DNA of 60,992 bases, counting the filler, from Malassezia furfur (taxonomy: Eukaryota), in NCBI GenBank assembly GCA_052055015.1. It is 4 parts of 4 records of this genome, joined end to end, with 100 filler letters (N's around TTAATTAATTAA, not from the genome) between each part and the next. Parts side by side here need not be neighbours in the genome. Positions count along the whole stretch, not along the records: positions 45,977 to 60,992 come from JBQJIT010000278.1; 3 more parts are not named here. One strand, given 5' to 3'. Shown here piece by piece: positions 45,977 to 55,073 of the stretch. The position numbers and the translations under genes are program-made. Below the pieces are notes generated by a model, which was given only the letters and a program-made list of their open reading frames with translations, made no database searches and was not told where the DNA came from. Position 1 is the stretch's first letter. Every line of letters begins with the position of its first letter.

Positions 45977-46328
45977 GCTCGCCCTCGGTCGGCGCGCGCG
46001 GCGCCTGGCAGGCATGGGCAGGCGCCGACCGGTGGACGGGGCAGAACAGACCGCCGCACCGCTCGCACCTCGGCGCACGGTGCGTCACCACGCCGGCCTG
46101 CGCGACCTGAAGCGTGGGCTTGGTGCACCCCGCTTTCTGGCACACGACGCGCGTCTCGTGCGAGGCGTCCTGCGCCGCACGCGCAGGCGCTACCGCCGCG
46201 CACGCATGGCGCTCGGGTGTTGCATGCTGCTCACAGAAGTGCGCACCGCATGCACTACAGGCGATCGGCAAAAAGGACAGCGCGCGGCAAGTGCGCAAGG
46301 CACAGTGCTCACCGTCCAGCAGGGACAT
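45977..46328 (-). CDS. AN1-type zinc finger protein (Cuz1/ZFAND1-like), 3' truncated
   Basis: GEHC..C..LSFLPIAC..C..FC..H....H.C and a second AN1 finger (CERCGGLFCPVHR..HAC). Confidence 0.88.
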
Positions 46329-46382
46329 CGTGGAAGGCCACGCGGCTTGCGTGGAATTCGGCCCCTTTCTTCCTCCACAACC

Positions 46383-46760
46383 ATGCGGCTTGCGTCGGTC
46401 GCTGTGGGGGGTTTGCTGGCCCTTTGTGCGCTGCCTGTGCACGCCCAGTTCTTCCAGCACATGTTCCAGCAGGGCGGCGCTGGACACAACTTCTTCCATA
46501 CGGGCGGTGAGCAAGAGGCGCATGCCGTCGGCGACGCCTCGTGGTTCCAGGAGCGTGTCCGGAATGGTGCGTCACGCGTAACTGACACAGCGAAATGCAA
46601 CGACTACCTGTGCAGCGACACGCTTGCATGCGTCTCAGAACCTAGCGAATGCCCATGCCCCTATGCCGAACAGACGCGGTGCAAAGTCGGCGACAGCTTC
46701 GTGTGTGTGACCTCGGTGGACTGCCGCCTGACCCAACGTCTGTACCATCTCTCGGAGTGA
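46383..46760 (+). CDS. LCL2: Long chronological lifespan protein 2 (secretory pathway), 2 exons
   Basis: Signal peptide then QFFQHMF, and C.DYLCSDTLACV..P.ECPCP. In-frame 24-nt intron 46567-46590. Confidence 0.9.
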   Translation: MRLASVAVGGLLALCALPVHAQFFQHMFQQGGAGHNFFHTGGEQEAHAVGDASWFQERVRNGASRVTDTAKCNDYLCSDTLACVSEPSECPCPYAEQTRCKVGDSFVCVTSVDCRLTQRLYHLSE

Positions 46761-46777
46761 AACATATGTGCTATAGC

Positions 46778-47976
46778 CTACACAAGTGCGTCCATGCGCA
46801 CAAATACATTCAACACACCCGCGACGACTTCGAATGCCGCCTCGTTGCTGCTCGTCTCCATCTCTTGACACATTGCCTGCGCCAGCTCGGCGTCTCCGAC
46901 GCCGATTGGTTGCGCCTTGCGCTTCTTTGATGAGCCGCTGCCTACTGCCGCCGTCGCTTTTGACGTCGACCTGCGCGGAATGCCTCCGCCGGGCGTGTCG
47001 GGCGCCATGGGCCACTGCCCAAAGGTAGAGAGCAGCGATCCGACACGCCGGAACACTTGCTCCCCCGTGTCAGAGGAGAGGTGGGTGAGTGTGTTTTCGA
47101 GCACATTGGCACAGTAAGCACAGCAGACCATGCACAACGTGCGGGTCACCCGGAGGGCCACGTTTCCCGGGTCCTCTTTGTAAAACTCGTCAGGGTGCAC
47201 ACTCTGGGATTTGGATGTGAGCAACGCGTAGAGCCGCCTCAGCACGGCGTCTTTTTGCGAGGGGTCCGCAAGCGGGTGCGTCGGCATATCGAACAGCAGA
47301 AAGTTGCGTTTCTCAGTACGCAGTACCCCCTTGTCAACCAGTCCTTTGGCGATGCGCTCGCGGACCTGCTTAAGTTGCAAATTGAGCTTCATCACGTTCC
47401 ATGTCTCGCCTGAGTGAGTAAAGCACCGTGCATACCACTCAGCAAGTCCATCCAGCCCACGATGCTCGCCGGCGAATTCGCCTTAATCAGACGCAGTGTC
47501 TCGTCTAACAGCGGCTCGCCGGTATGCTTGGTGCTCCGCACCTCGATGATGCGGTCCGCGGGATCTGCCAGTTTGTTGTCCGCATGCTTTAAGATGCGGA
47601 TCCGATCGCGCAATGCAAGCTCGATGAGGATACAGCCGCGCAGTGCATACGAGATATTCTCGTTCCAGAATGAGAGGTAGCCTTGCCGGTCCTTAAGGCC
47701 GAGCAGCAGAATCTCTTCCATGAGATTCAGGCGAGGATTTGTGAGTGTCTCGCGTTCGTCGTTCAGGTCGCGCGGATCGTACGCGACGCGATGTCCCGAC
47801 TTGAGATCCACGGCCGCAATGGAGCCCGACCCGGAACCCATCTCGATTACATCATTCCGCGCGCGCGCGTTCGATGTCTCGGCGACAGGATGTGTATCCA
47901 TTTCGTCGTCCATAGACATGCTATGAGCCTCGTGTGCAGCGGCACGACGCCTCTGCAGTCCCGACGACGACGCCAT
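46778..47976 (-). CDS. VPS74: Golgi phosphoprotein 3 / Vps74, 2 exons
   Basis: GLQRRR, LMEEILLLGLKDRQGYLSFWNENISYALRGCILIEL, LLS|GETWN, NFLLFDMPTHP. 26-nt intron 47435-47410. Confidence 0.97.
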
Positions 47977-48043
47977 TCGAAGAAAGGTCGGTCCCCACGA
48001 TGTGGGTCGGTTTCACGTGGTGTGACCTCCACACCCGACTATC

Positions 48044-48563
48044 ATGGCCAGTTCGCCGCCCGCTGTGCCGCTCTCGCCGTACAATGTGTTCTGGCTCCTG
48101 CATGTGATTTTGGAGCTGCCGATGGGCATTCTTGCGTTCATTTCTCCGCGCGATCTGCCCTTCGGTGACCTGACGCCGACGACGGTGCTGGTCGCTCGCG
48201 TACGTCGCCGCACTAACGCAGCTCCTCGGCGCGTTCCTGATCGCGTCCAGCGTCAGCTGCCTGCTGATGTTTGGTCTCCCCGACTTTTTGCCGGGCAAAC
48301 GCGCTTTTGCAGTACAGCTCCTGCTCTTCCACGCGATCGTCTCGTCCGTCTTCTTCCAGCTGGACGCTCGTATCATCCAGCTCGAGCTTCCCCCTTTCTT
48401 TGCGGAGACGCTGCATGGCAACGAGATCTTGGAGAAGGTGCCGGTCCAGATGATTGTGGGTGTCCTGCATGGCCTGCTCTCGCTGCTTATCACCGTGTGG
48501 TGGCAGGCGACCATCCCGCTTGTCAAGGGCGCCGCCCAGATGGCGCACGCCAAGGCGCAGTAA
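48044..48563 (+). CDS. Uncharacterised ~4-TM membrane protein, 2 exons
   Basis: A 22-nt intron 48200-48221 joins hydrophobic exon 1 to LLGAFLIASSVSCLLMFGLPDFLPGKRA..WWQAT. Confidence 0.8.
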
Positions 48564-48605
48564 ATAGCTCCGCTAGCACGTGCGTGGCCCCTGCGTTCCG
48601 CCACA

Positions 48606-49493
48606 ATGCAGGCCGAGGTGGAAGAGCAGGTACAAGCCCTCATACACGAGCCAGTGGCAAGCCCCCTCGAGGCACTGGCCCTCATCGTACATGTGACGGC
48701 CCTTTGCCTTTCGTGGAAAACGTCTGGGGACGTCGAGACGCTGCGCGACCGTGCGTCGTGCCGCGCATACGATGCGGGGGGGCGTACCGTCGAGACCGCC
48801 GTCGTGCGCATGGGCCGCCATGCCGTCGTGCTCGCGACCGACGTGGGCGAACGCGGCGCGTCCGCCGAGGCTGCAGGACAGCGCGGTGCATGCGCTTCGT
48901 GCGAACTTGCGCTCGACGAAATTTTGCCGTCGTCGGCGCTGCCGCTGCGCGCGTCCAACGCACATGACATCGTCACCGACGCGCTCGTCGAACGCATTGC
49001 TGCTACCCTGTCTCCCGTCGGGACAAATGCGGGGCCCACGCCCAGTCCATCGGCAGGCACCCGTGCGGGGCCCGTGAAAGGCGCGCCGGTGCTGCCCACG
49101 GCAACGGCGACGCCATCGCACTCTTCGCCCAACCCGCTGCGCGTCGGCGACGCGGACCGCGACGCGCTGGCGGCCAGTGGACTTCCACCGTTCCCGAGCG
49201 GAGGCAGCGCGATGCCGCCCCTCGCACCCAGCGGCGACGGAATGGTTGTGGGGCCATCGCACCCCCTCTTCCAGGAGCGCTCGCGCAACCGCAACGACGA
49301 GACGGGGCCGTGGGGCGGCGACGGATTTTTGCCGCCCGGCGCCGTTCCGCCCGGTGCGCGCTTCGATCCCGTCGGTCCGTTTGCGGGCAATACGCCGCGG
49401 TTCCCCCGAGGCGGTCCGCGAGGGCCGAGTGGGAACCCCGATTGGGACGATTTGCCGCCGCCGGGCGGCGGCCCTGGCTCGATGTATTTGTGA
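48606..49493 (+). CDS. Proteasome regulator PI31 (Fub1-like)
   Basis: VGDADRD, GMVVGPSHPLF, PPGAVPPGARFDPVGP, C-terminal HbYX motif (MYL). Confidence 0.9.
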   Translation: MQAEVEEQVQALIHEPVASPLEALALIVHVTALCLSWKTSGDVETLRDRASCRAYDAGGRTVETAVVRMGRHAVVLATDVGERGASAEAAGQRGACASCELALDEILPSSALPLRASNAHDIVTDALVERIAATLSPVGTNAGPTPSPSAGTRAGPVKGAPVLPTATATPSHSSPNPLRVGDADRDALAASGLPPFPSGGSAMPPLAPSGDGMVVGPSHPLFQERSRNRNDETGPWGGDGFLPPGAVPPGARFDPVGPFAGNTPRFPRGGPRGPSGNPDWDDLPPPGGGPGSMYL

Positions 49494-49508
49494 TGAGCAT
49501 ACCTACAG

Positions 49509-52500
49509 CTACGTAGACGAGGCGACCTCGATCTTCTTCACCAACCCGTAGCCCAGGCGCTGGATCTCGGCGAGGATCGCGTCGGTATTGAGCACCACGT
49601 CGTTGCCCGATGCTGGGCGCGACGAGTAGCCGAGCAGCACCTTGAACGCGTGCGGGCGCGCGAGCGCCTTGTCCCACACGCCGCCGATCACTGTGCCGCC
49701 ATGGTGGTCGTAAAACAGGCGGAAGACGTTCGGATATAGCGTGTGCAGCAGCGCAACAAACTCGCCCACGGGGTCCCAATCCGGGCGCACCTCGTTGCCG
49801 TACACCGACGCACGCACCGTGCGCAGGTTCTTGAATGCGCGCGCGTCCTTGGTGAGCCATGCGTGTGCCTCGGGACGAAGTGCCTCGGCATAGCGCGTGT
49901 GCACCGCCGGGTCGATGTGCACCACAAAGTCGTACATCTGCAGCGATGGCGTGAACAGAACCATTGCCGCCTCGCGGTGCACCACTGGGCCCGTGACGAG
50001 GTGCGTCACCGCGCGCGCCGCAAGCTGCCGCAGCGCATCGGCGATCGCGGCGGTCGGCGCGTCGTGCGTCCAAATGCTCCCGCTTTCATCCAGGTCCGTC
50101 GCAATGCACCACGCTGTGTGGTGCAGGGCCGGATCGCGCGCGCGCGCCGTACGGAACGCCTGCTCCGCTGCAACGCGCTGCGCTGCGGTGACGGTGATCG
50201 GCGGCGCGGTCGCTGTCGTGGCACGCAGGTCCGCGGGCGTGGTGCCGCTCGCCCTGCGATCGTCGTCGGCCTTGAGGGCGCGGTATTCGTGCGCGCGACG
50301 CGACGCGGCCTCGACCGGCACGATGAGCGGCGTCTCGCGGTGGTCCCAGTCGCGTAGGAGCGTCAGCACACGCACCAAGCCCGCAACACCCGTCGCCGGT
50401 GGCGCCGCAGCGCTCGAGGTATACACGGCCACGGCCAGCAGCTCGATCGCCTCGAGAGGCACCTGCGTCGAGAGCATCTGCGCGGCGATCCAGCGCTCCA
50501 CGAGCCGCACTGTGGGGCCGAGCGCGGGGTGCTGGTCCTGCAGCGCCTGCAGCGCGGCATGGTGCGCCGCCTGGTGCACGAAACGGCGGTCGTAGCGCAC
50601 CAACGCGTCCTGCGCACGCCGCCGCGCCGCGCCCGACGAGGAGCGCACGAGTCGCGTGAGCAGGTGGTGCTCGCGGTCGTGGTGGATGCGGCATACAAAC
50701 GCAAAGCCTGCTGGCACGACAATCTCGAGCGCACTCTGGTCCTGGATTACGTCGCCCTGCTCCGCATCGCGGTCGTACACCACACGCAGCGTCGCGCCGG
50801 GCATCTTGGGCGTGAGCACATGCGCCATGCGCTCGTACAGCGCCGCCTTCATCTCCTGGATCGCGCCCAAATCGTCTGGCCACCGCCCTGACGACTCGAG
50901 CGTGAGCAGCAGCGGCTGCGCGGGCAGGTACGACGCACAGTCAGGCACCGCGCTCCCGAGCTCGCTCAGGTTCAATGCACCGGGCACAAACGTGCTCATG
51001 GACCGCAGCGAGGGCGCCACAGGCTGGACGCCGATCACCGACAGCGGCAAATCGTCCATCGCCCGCAGTTGTTTGACGAGCGCATCGTACGCGCCCTGCA
51101 CACCCTGAAAGCCGACCTCCAGCGGCGACTTCAGGTACGCACGGTGCGCCAAGTCCGCGGGCACGTCCAGCAGGCCATCCAGCGCCGCGTTCACCCACTG
51201 CAGCTTGGACGCCTTGGCAACGCACCCGTGCCGCACAAACGCATGCTCCAGCACGCGCCGCGGCAGCGCCGCACGCTGCGCCAGGCTCGACACGGGCCAC
51301 ACCACACTCTCGAGCACACGGCCGTCGCGGAAACGGCGCAGCTCCGCGACTTCGCCCCAAAACGCCCGGAAGGAGGCACACGCCACCGTGTCCTCCGGTG
51401 GCGGGCCATGCTCCACCTGACGCCATGCGTGCTCTGTGTTAAGCCGCACGCCGAGCTCGACGCGCCGCGACACGCTGGGCGGCGCCGCGCCAAGCGCCCA
51501 GGTCGTCGCCGGCGCCGCATAGCTTGCACGCACGCCCCACGCACGCGAACCAAGCGCGGTGGAGGCTATCTGCAGCAGGTGCTCGAGCGCATGGGCCCGC
51601 ACACTGCCCGCATCCAAGCGGCGCACGAGGTCCTGGTCGCGACCACGCAGCGTGACGACGCCTGCCTCGTCCATTGTCTCGACGGGCGAGGTGCGCGGCG
51701 AGAGAAACAGCGCACGGAAGCAGTCCGACTCGGCGTCGTTCAGCATGTGCAGCGTCTGTGCAGCCTCCTGCTGCAGCTGGTCGACGGAGGAGGCGGGCCA
51801 CGCGGCCAGCAAGTTAACACACCCGCTCGGGTCCACCAGCACGCGTGGCGATGCCGAGAAAGAAGTGGGGGGGATCTGCTCGGCGTGCGACGCCAGGCCG
51901 AACTTGGGTTGTGCCCGCATAAATACGGGGCTCGTCGCCCACGCGTGCTTCGCCAAGAAATCGAGCACGCCGCGCATCAGCTGGTAGCTGCTGTAGCCAA
52001 ACGACAGCTTGGGACGCTGCGCGTGTAGCGTGCGGCCACGCAGGCCCGTCGTGGGCTCGTCGCCGTGCAGCAGGTGCGCCAGCAGCATCGTGAGGAGAAA
52101 CCGGGTATTTTCACTGCCCGCGACCATCTGGCGGCCGGGGTACTTGTCAAGCTGAGCGCCGTGCAAAAGGAGCGTGCCAAAGCCGCGCTGCGTCGCCCAC
52201 GTCTTGAGCAACTGACACGCTTCCACAAATCCGCCGCATGCCTCGGCAGTGCTGTGGAGAAAAAGGAGATGCGGCATGCGCAGCGCATCGGCAGCCAGGC
52301 TCGTATTGTACTGCGGCGTGGGCGCCAGCGATGCGCCCTCTTCGGCACCGACCACGGCACCACGCAGGCTGTTGCGGTTGGGGCACAGCCGGTTCACGGG
52401 GAACGTGCCAAGGCTGTGCGCTGCATGGATGCGAATCACCGCCTTCAGCTTGCGAAACTCCTTCGCGGCCGTTTGGCGCGCGCGTAGCACAAGACACACA

Positions 52501-53336
52501 CCGCGCCCATTGTGCTCAGCGTCCATAAATTCGACATCCATCTGTAGCTTGGAATCGTTCTGCAGCTGGGCGGCAATCACTGCGAGGTAAAAGGCACGCT
52601 TGTGGAAGTAGCGCGCATTAAAGGTATCTTTCTCCTGGAACAGGCTCGACGGCATGCACACCTCCATGTCCACGTCGAGCTCGCCAGGGCGCCGCGCCGC
52701 CGTCTGAAGTGGCCACGAGCCAACGAGGTGCAGGTTACTAGGCTTCTCGAACGCAAACTTGTACGCAGCATCCTCGCGCGGTTTGGGGTCCGCAAACGGC
52801 ACCTCGATGGGTGCCTCGCTGAGCTCCGCGAGCCAGGCCAGCGCGTCGCGTAGCGACTGCGGTGGCAGACTCGGCAGGCCATCGAGGACCTTGTGGATAC
52901 GTCGGAGAGCGTGTTCGAGCGCCTCAGAGTGCGCAAAGTCGGGTCGCACCTGGCGCATCATCTCGTCAAGCTGCAGCTTGAACACATTGTTCATATAGAG
53001 TTCGCTCGTTTCTTTCAGGCCATGGATCTCGTCCAAGGACGGCACTGCGAAGCGCATGTCAGGCGCCGACTTAGATGTGTCGGCACCCTCGGCAACAGGC
53101 GCAGCATGCATTGCATCGTCTTCGTCCGCCTCGTCGTCCTCGACGTCGTCCTCGGCCATGGCCTCCAGATCGGCGCCGTCGTCCTCGAGGTCCTCGAACC
53201 CACCTTCGAGGTCCTCGTCCGAGAGCATCTCCACGGCATTCTCCGAATCACTGTGGTCGCTCACCTCGGCCGCCTCCATCCGGGCGCTCTTTTTGGCGCC
53301 TTGCGGCCGCGCCAGCTTCCGTTTCGCGCCGGCCAT
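49509..53336 (-). CDS. UTP22: U3 snoRNA-associated protein Utp22/Nol6 (Nrap)
   Basis: FKLQLDE, MPSSLFQEKD..NARYFHKRAFYL, YSSYQL, FRAFWGEVAELRRFRDGRVLESVVW, ESSGRWPDDL. Confidence 0.96.
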   Translation of the reverse strand: MAGAKRKLARPQGAKKSARMEAAEVSDHSDSENAVEMLSDEDLEGGFEDLEDDGADLEAMAEDDVEDDEADEDDAMHAAPVAEGADTSKSAPDMRFAVPSLDEIHGLKETSELYMNNVFKLQLDEMMRQVRPDFAHSEALEHALRRIHKVLDGLPSLPPQSLRDALAWLAELSEAPIEVPFADPKPREDAAYKFAFEKPSNLHLVGSWPLQTAARRPGELDVDMEVCMPSSLFQEKDTFNARYFHKRAFYLAVIAAQLQNDSKLQMDVEFMDAEHNGRGVCLVLRARQTAAKEFRKLKAVIRIHAAHSLGTFPVNRLCPNRNSLRGAVVGAEEGASLAPTPQYNTSLAADALRMPHLLFLHSTAEACGGFVEACQLLKTWATQRGFGTLLLHGAQLDKYPGRQMVAGSENTRFLLTMLLAHLLHGDEPTTGLRGRTLHAQRPKLSFGYSSYQLMRGVLDFLAKHAWATSPVFMRAQPKFGLASHAEQIPPTSFSASPRVLVDPSGCVNLLAAWPASSVDQLQQEAAQTLHMLNDAESDCFRALFLSPRTSPVETMDEAGVVTLRGRDQDLVRRLDAGSVRAHALEHLLQIASTALGSRAWGVRASYAAPATTWALGAAPPSVSRRVELGVRLNTEHAWRQVEHGPPPEDTVACASFRAFWGEVAELRRFRDGRVLESVVWPVSSLAQRAALPRRVLEHAFVRHGCVAKASKLQWVNAALDGLLDVPADLAHRAYLKSPLEVGFQGVQGAYDALVKQLRAMDDLPLSVIGVQPVAPSLRSMSTFVPGALNLSELGSAVPDCASYLPAQPLLLTLESSGRWPDDLGAIQEMKAALYERMAHVLTPKMPGATLRVVYDRDAEQGDVIQDQSALEIVVPAGFAFVCRIHHDREHHLLTRLVRSSSGAARRRAQDALVRYDRRFVHQAAHHAALQALQDQHPALGPTVRLVERWIAAQMLSTQVPLEAIELLAVAVYTSSAAAPPATGVAGLVRVLTLLRDWDHRETPLIVPVEAASRRAHEYRALKADDDRRASGTTPADLRATTATAPPITVTAAQRVAAEQAFRTARARDPALHHTAWCIATDLDESGSIWTHDAPTAAIADALRQLAARAVTHLVTGPVVHREAAMVLFTPSLQMYDFVVHIDPAVHTRYAEALRPEAHAWLTKDARAFKNLRTVRASVYGNEVRPDWDPVGEFVALLHTLYPNVFRLFYDHHGGTVIGGVWDKALARPHAFKVLLGYSSRPASGNDVVLNTDAILAEIQRLGYGLVKKIEVASST

Positions 53337-53400
53337 CGCAGGAACAAGCAGACGTAAAAAATTCGCGGCGGCTGACTAAGACACCGCACCCGACACCATC

Positions 53401-53968
53401 ATGGCGGACGACGCGCGCGCAACGGCGGACAAGCAGCTGATCCACGCAGCACGCACGGACAATGTAGATCTCTTAAACTCAGTCGTGAATGCGGATCCAC
53501 CAGTGGCGTACGATATCAACTACACGGACGGTGTCGGGAACACGGCTCTGCATTACGCGGTCGAAAACGTCTCTATTCACGTCCTGGACCTGCTCCTTGA
53601 CGAGGAGGTCGACGTCGATGCGCGAAACCGCCTCGAGGGCGATACCCCGCTGCACCTGGCATGCCGTATCCCGAACGAAGAGGCGCGGAACTATGTCGGT
53701 ATGTGGACTTTCGCACTGACTCAGTCCACGAACTCCTCGAGGCCGGCGCACCGACCGACACCAAAAACAACGCGGGGCTTCGGCCCGTTGATACCATCGT
53801 GGGCGCACGTGCAGAGACGGAGCTGGGAAAGCAGTGTATCGAAATGCTGACCATGAGCCAAGCCGAGGCCCAGCTGGAACCCACCGACATCGCGTACGGT
53901 GCGTTGTTCACTCTCACACAGACGACGACGACATTGCCGATGACGGCGAATCGGATGTTGAGCCCTAG
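53401..53968 (+). CDS. Small ankyrin-repeat protein with acidic tail, 3 exons
   Basis: AARTDNVDLL, GNTALHYA, GDTPLHLA, LLEAGA. Introns 53699-53724 and 53899-53921. Confidence 0.88.
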
Positions 53969-53999
53969 AATTCTTGTATAGTCTATCCTACAATTACCG

Positions 54000-54440
54000 T
54001 TATTCTTTCACAGGTGGGTCTTTGCGGAAGCGGTATTCGTTTTTGTTGTTGGTTTCGAGCGATTCATAGCCCTCTGGATCGCGTGGCTTCTTGTAGAGGA
54101 TGTCGAGCATACGCTGCATAGTCGCCAGATCGATCTCGCCGTCCTCATCAAACTGAACAGGCAAGCGGTCACTCCCTCCCTCAGTCGAAGGATTCGTGCC
54201 ATATTGCTCCGTCACGACCGACCCCACCTCATTCTTCGCGCGGCGGAATGCGGCACTCGGCGTGGACCGTCCGTGCAGCCGCCAGAATTGGTGGGCCACC
54301 AGTGCGAGCGTGGTGACGGCGAGCACAATGAGCAGGGGGCGCAGGCGGCTGCGCCGGGCCGTGAACTGGGGCATCTCGTGTGGTGCACTAGCAGCGCTTT
54401 TGGGCTCCACTTGGCGGTGCCGTTGCGTTACGCGAGACAT
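54000..54440 (-). CDS. Single-pass membrane protein, unknown function
   Basis: 146-aa ORF from the Met at 54440, with TM LLIVLAVTTLALVA after a basic patch. Confidence 0.65.
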   Translation of the reverse strand: MSRVTQRHRQVEPKSAASAPHEMPQFTARRSRLRPLLIVLAVTTLALVAHQFWRLHGRSTPSAAFRRAKNEVGSVVTEQYGTNPSTEGGSDRLPVQFDEDGEIDLATMQRMLDILYKKPRDPEGYESLETNNKNEYRFRKDPPVKE

Positions 54441-54598
54441 GATAGTATGAGCAGACCGGACACGCGTCAGGGTTCCCCCTCCACGGTGGAGGCTGTCCGT
54501 GTGCGTGCTTGCTCCACTTTTCTGCATCTCGCCATCGCGACGGCGGTTACGCGCAGCTGTCGACTACACGAACCACCATCGGTCGTAGACTAAGCAAG

Positions 54599-54946
54599 AT
54601 GAGTGCTCGGAAGACAGGGGCCAAGCAGCCCGAGGTAATTCAACAATGGGCGGATATGGACTCGGAAGGTGCGACGTTTGAGCGTCACCGCATGGATGCG
54701 CAAGTTCAGTCCATCTGCATCACCGACCAGGCTGGTGTTCCCGAAGCACTAAAGGACGCCAGCAAGGGCATCAAAGTGAAGGCCAGCGATGTGAACTACT
54801 TGGTATGTCTAATTTTTGCGTGGCATGCTGACATTCAGACGCAACAGTTCCTCATTCCCACCCATATGGCAGAAACGGCACTTGTGCAGGGCGGTGGCGA
54901 CGTCAATTCGGCTGTCTCCATACTCTTGACCAAGTCGCTCGCGTAG
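54599..54946 (+). CDS. HYPK-like small protein with C-terminal UBA-like domain
   Basis: IKVKASDVNYL|TQQFLIP..AETAL..GGDVNSAV..L. In-frame 36-nt intron 54803-54838. Confidence 0.7.
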   Translation: MSARKTGAKQPEVIQQWADMDSEGATFERHRMDAQVQSICITDQAGVPEALKDASKGIKVKASDVNYLVCLIFAWHADIQTQQFLIPTHMAETALVQGGGDVNSAVSILLTKSLA

Positions 54947-55073
54947 GTAGTCTTGGTCATGACACGCGCCGGGCGCGAGGAGCCGGCCCCACCGGCGGAC
55001 CCCATCACGTGATACGAACTGCTCGAGTCATTTTCCCCACCGGTCGGCCTTTCTTCCCAGTCAACGGTTTACG

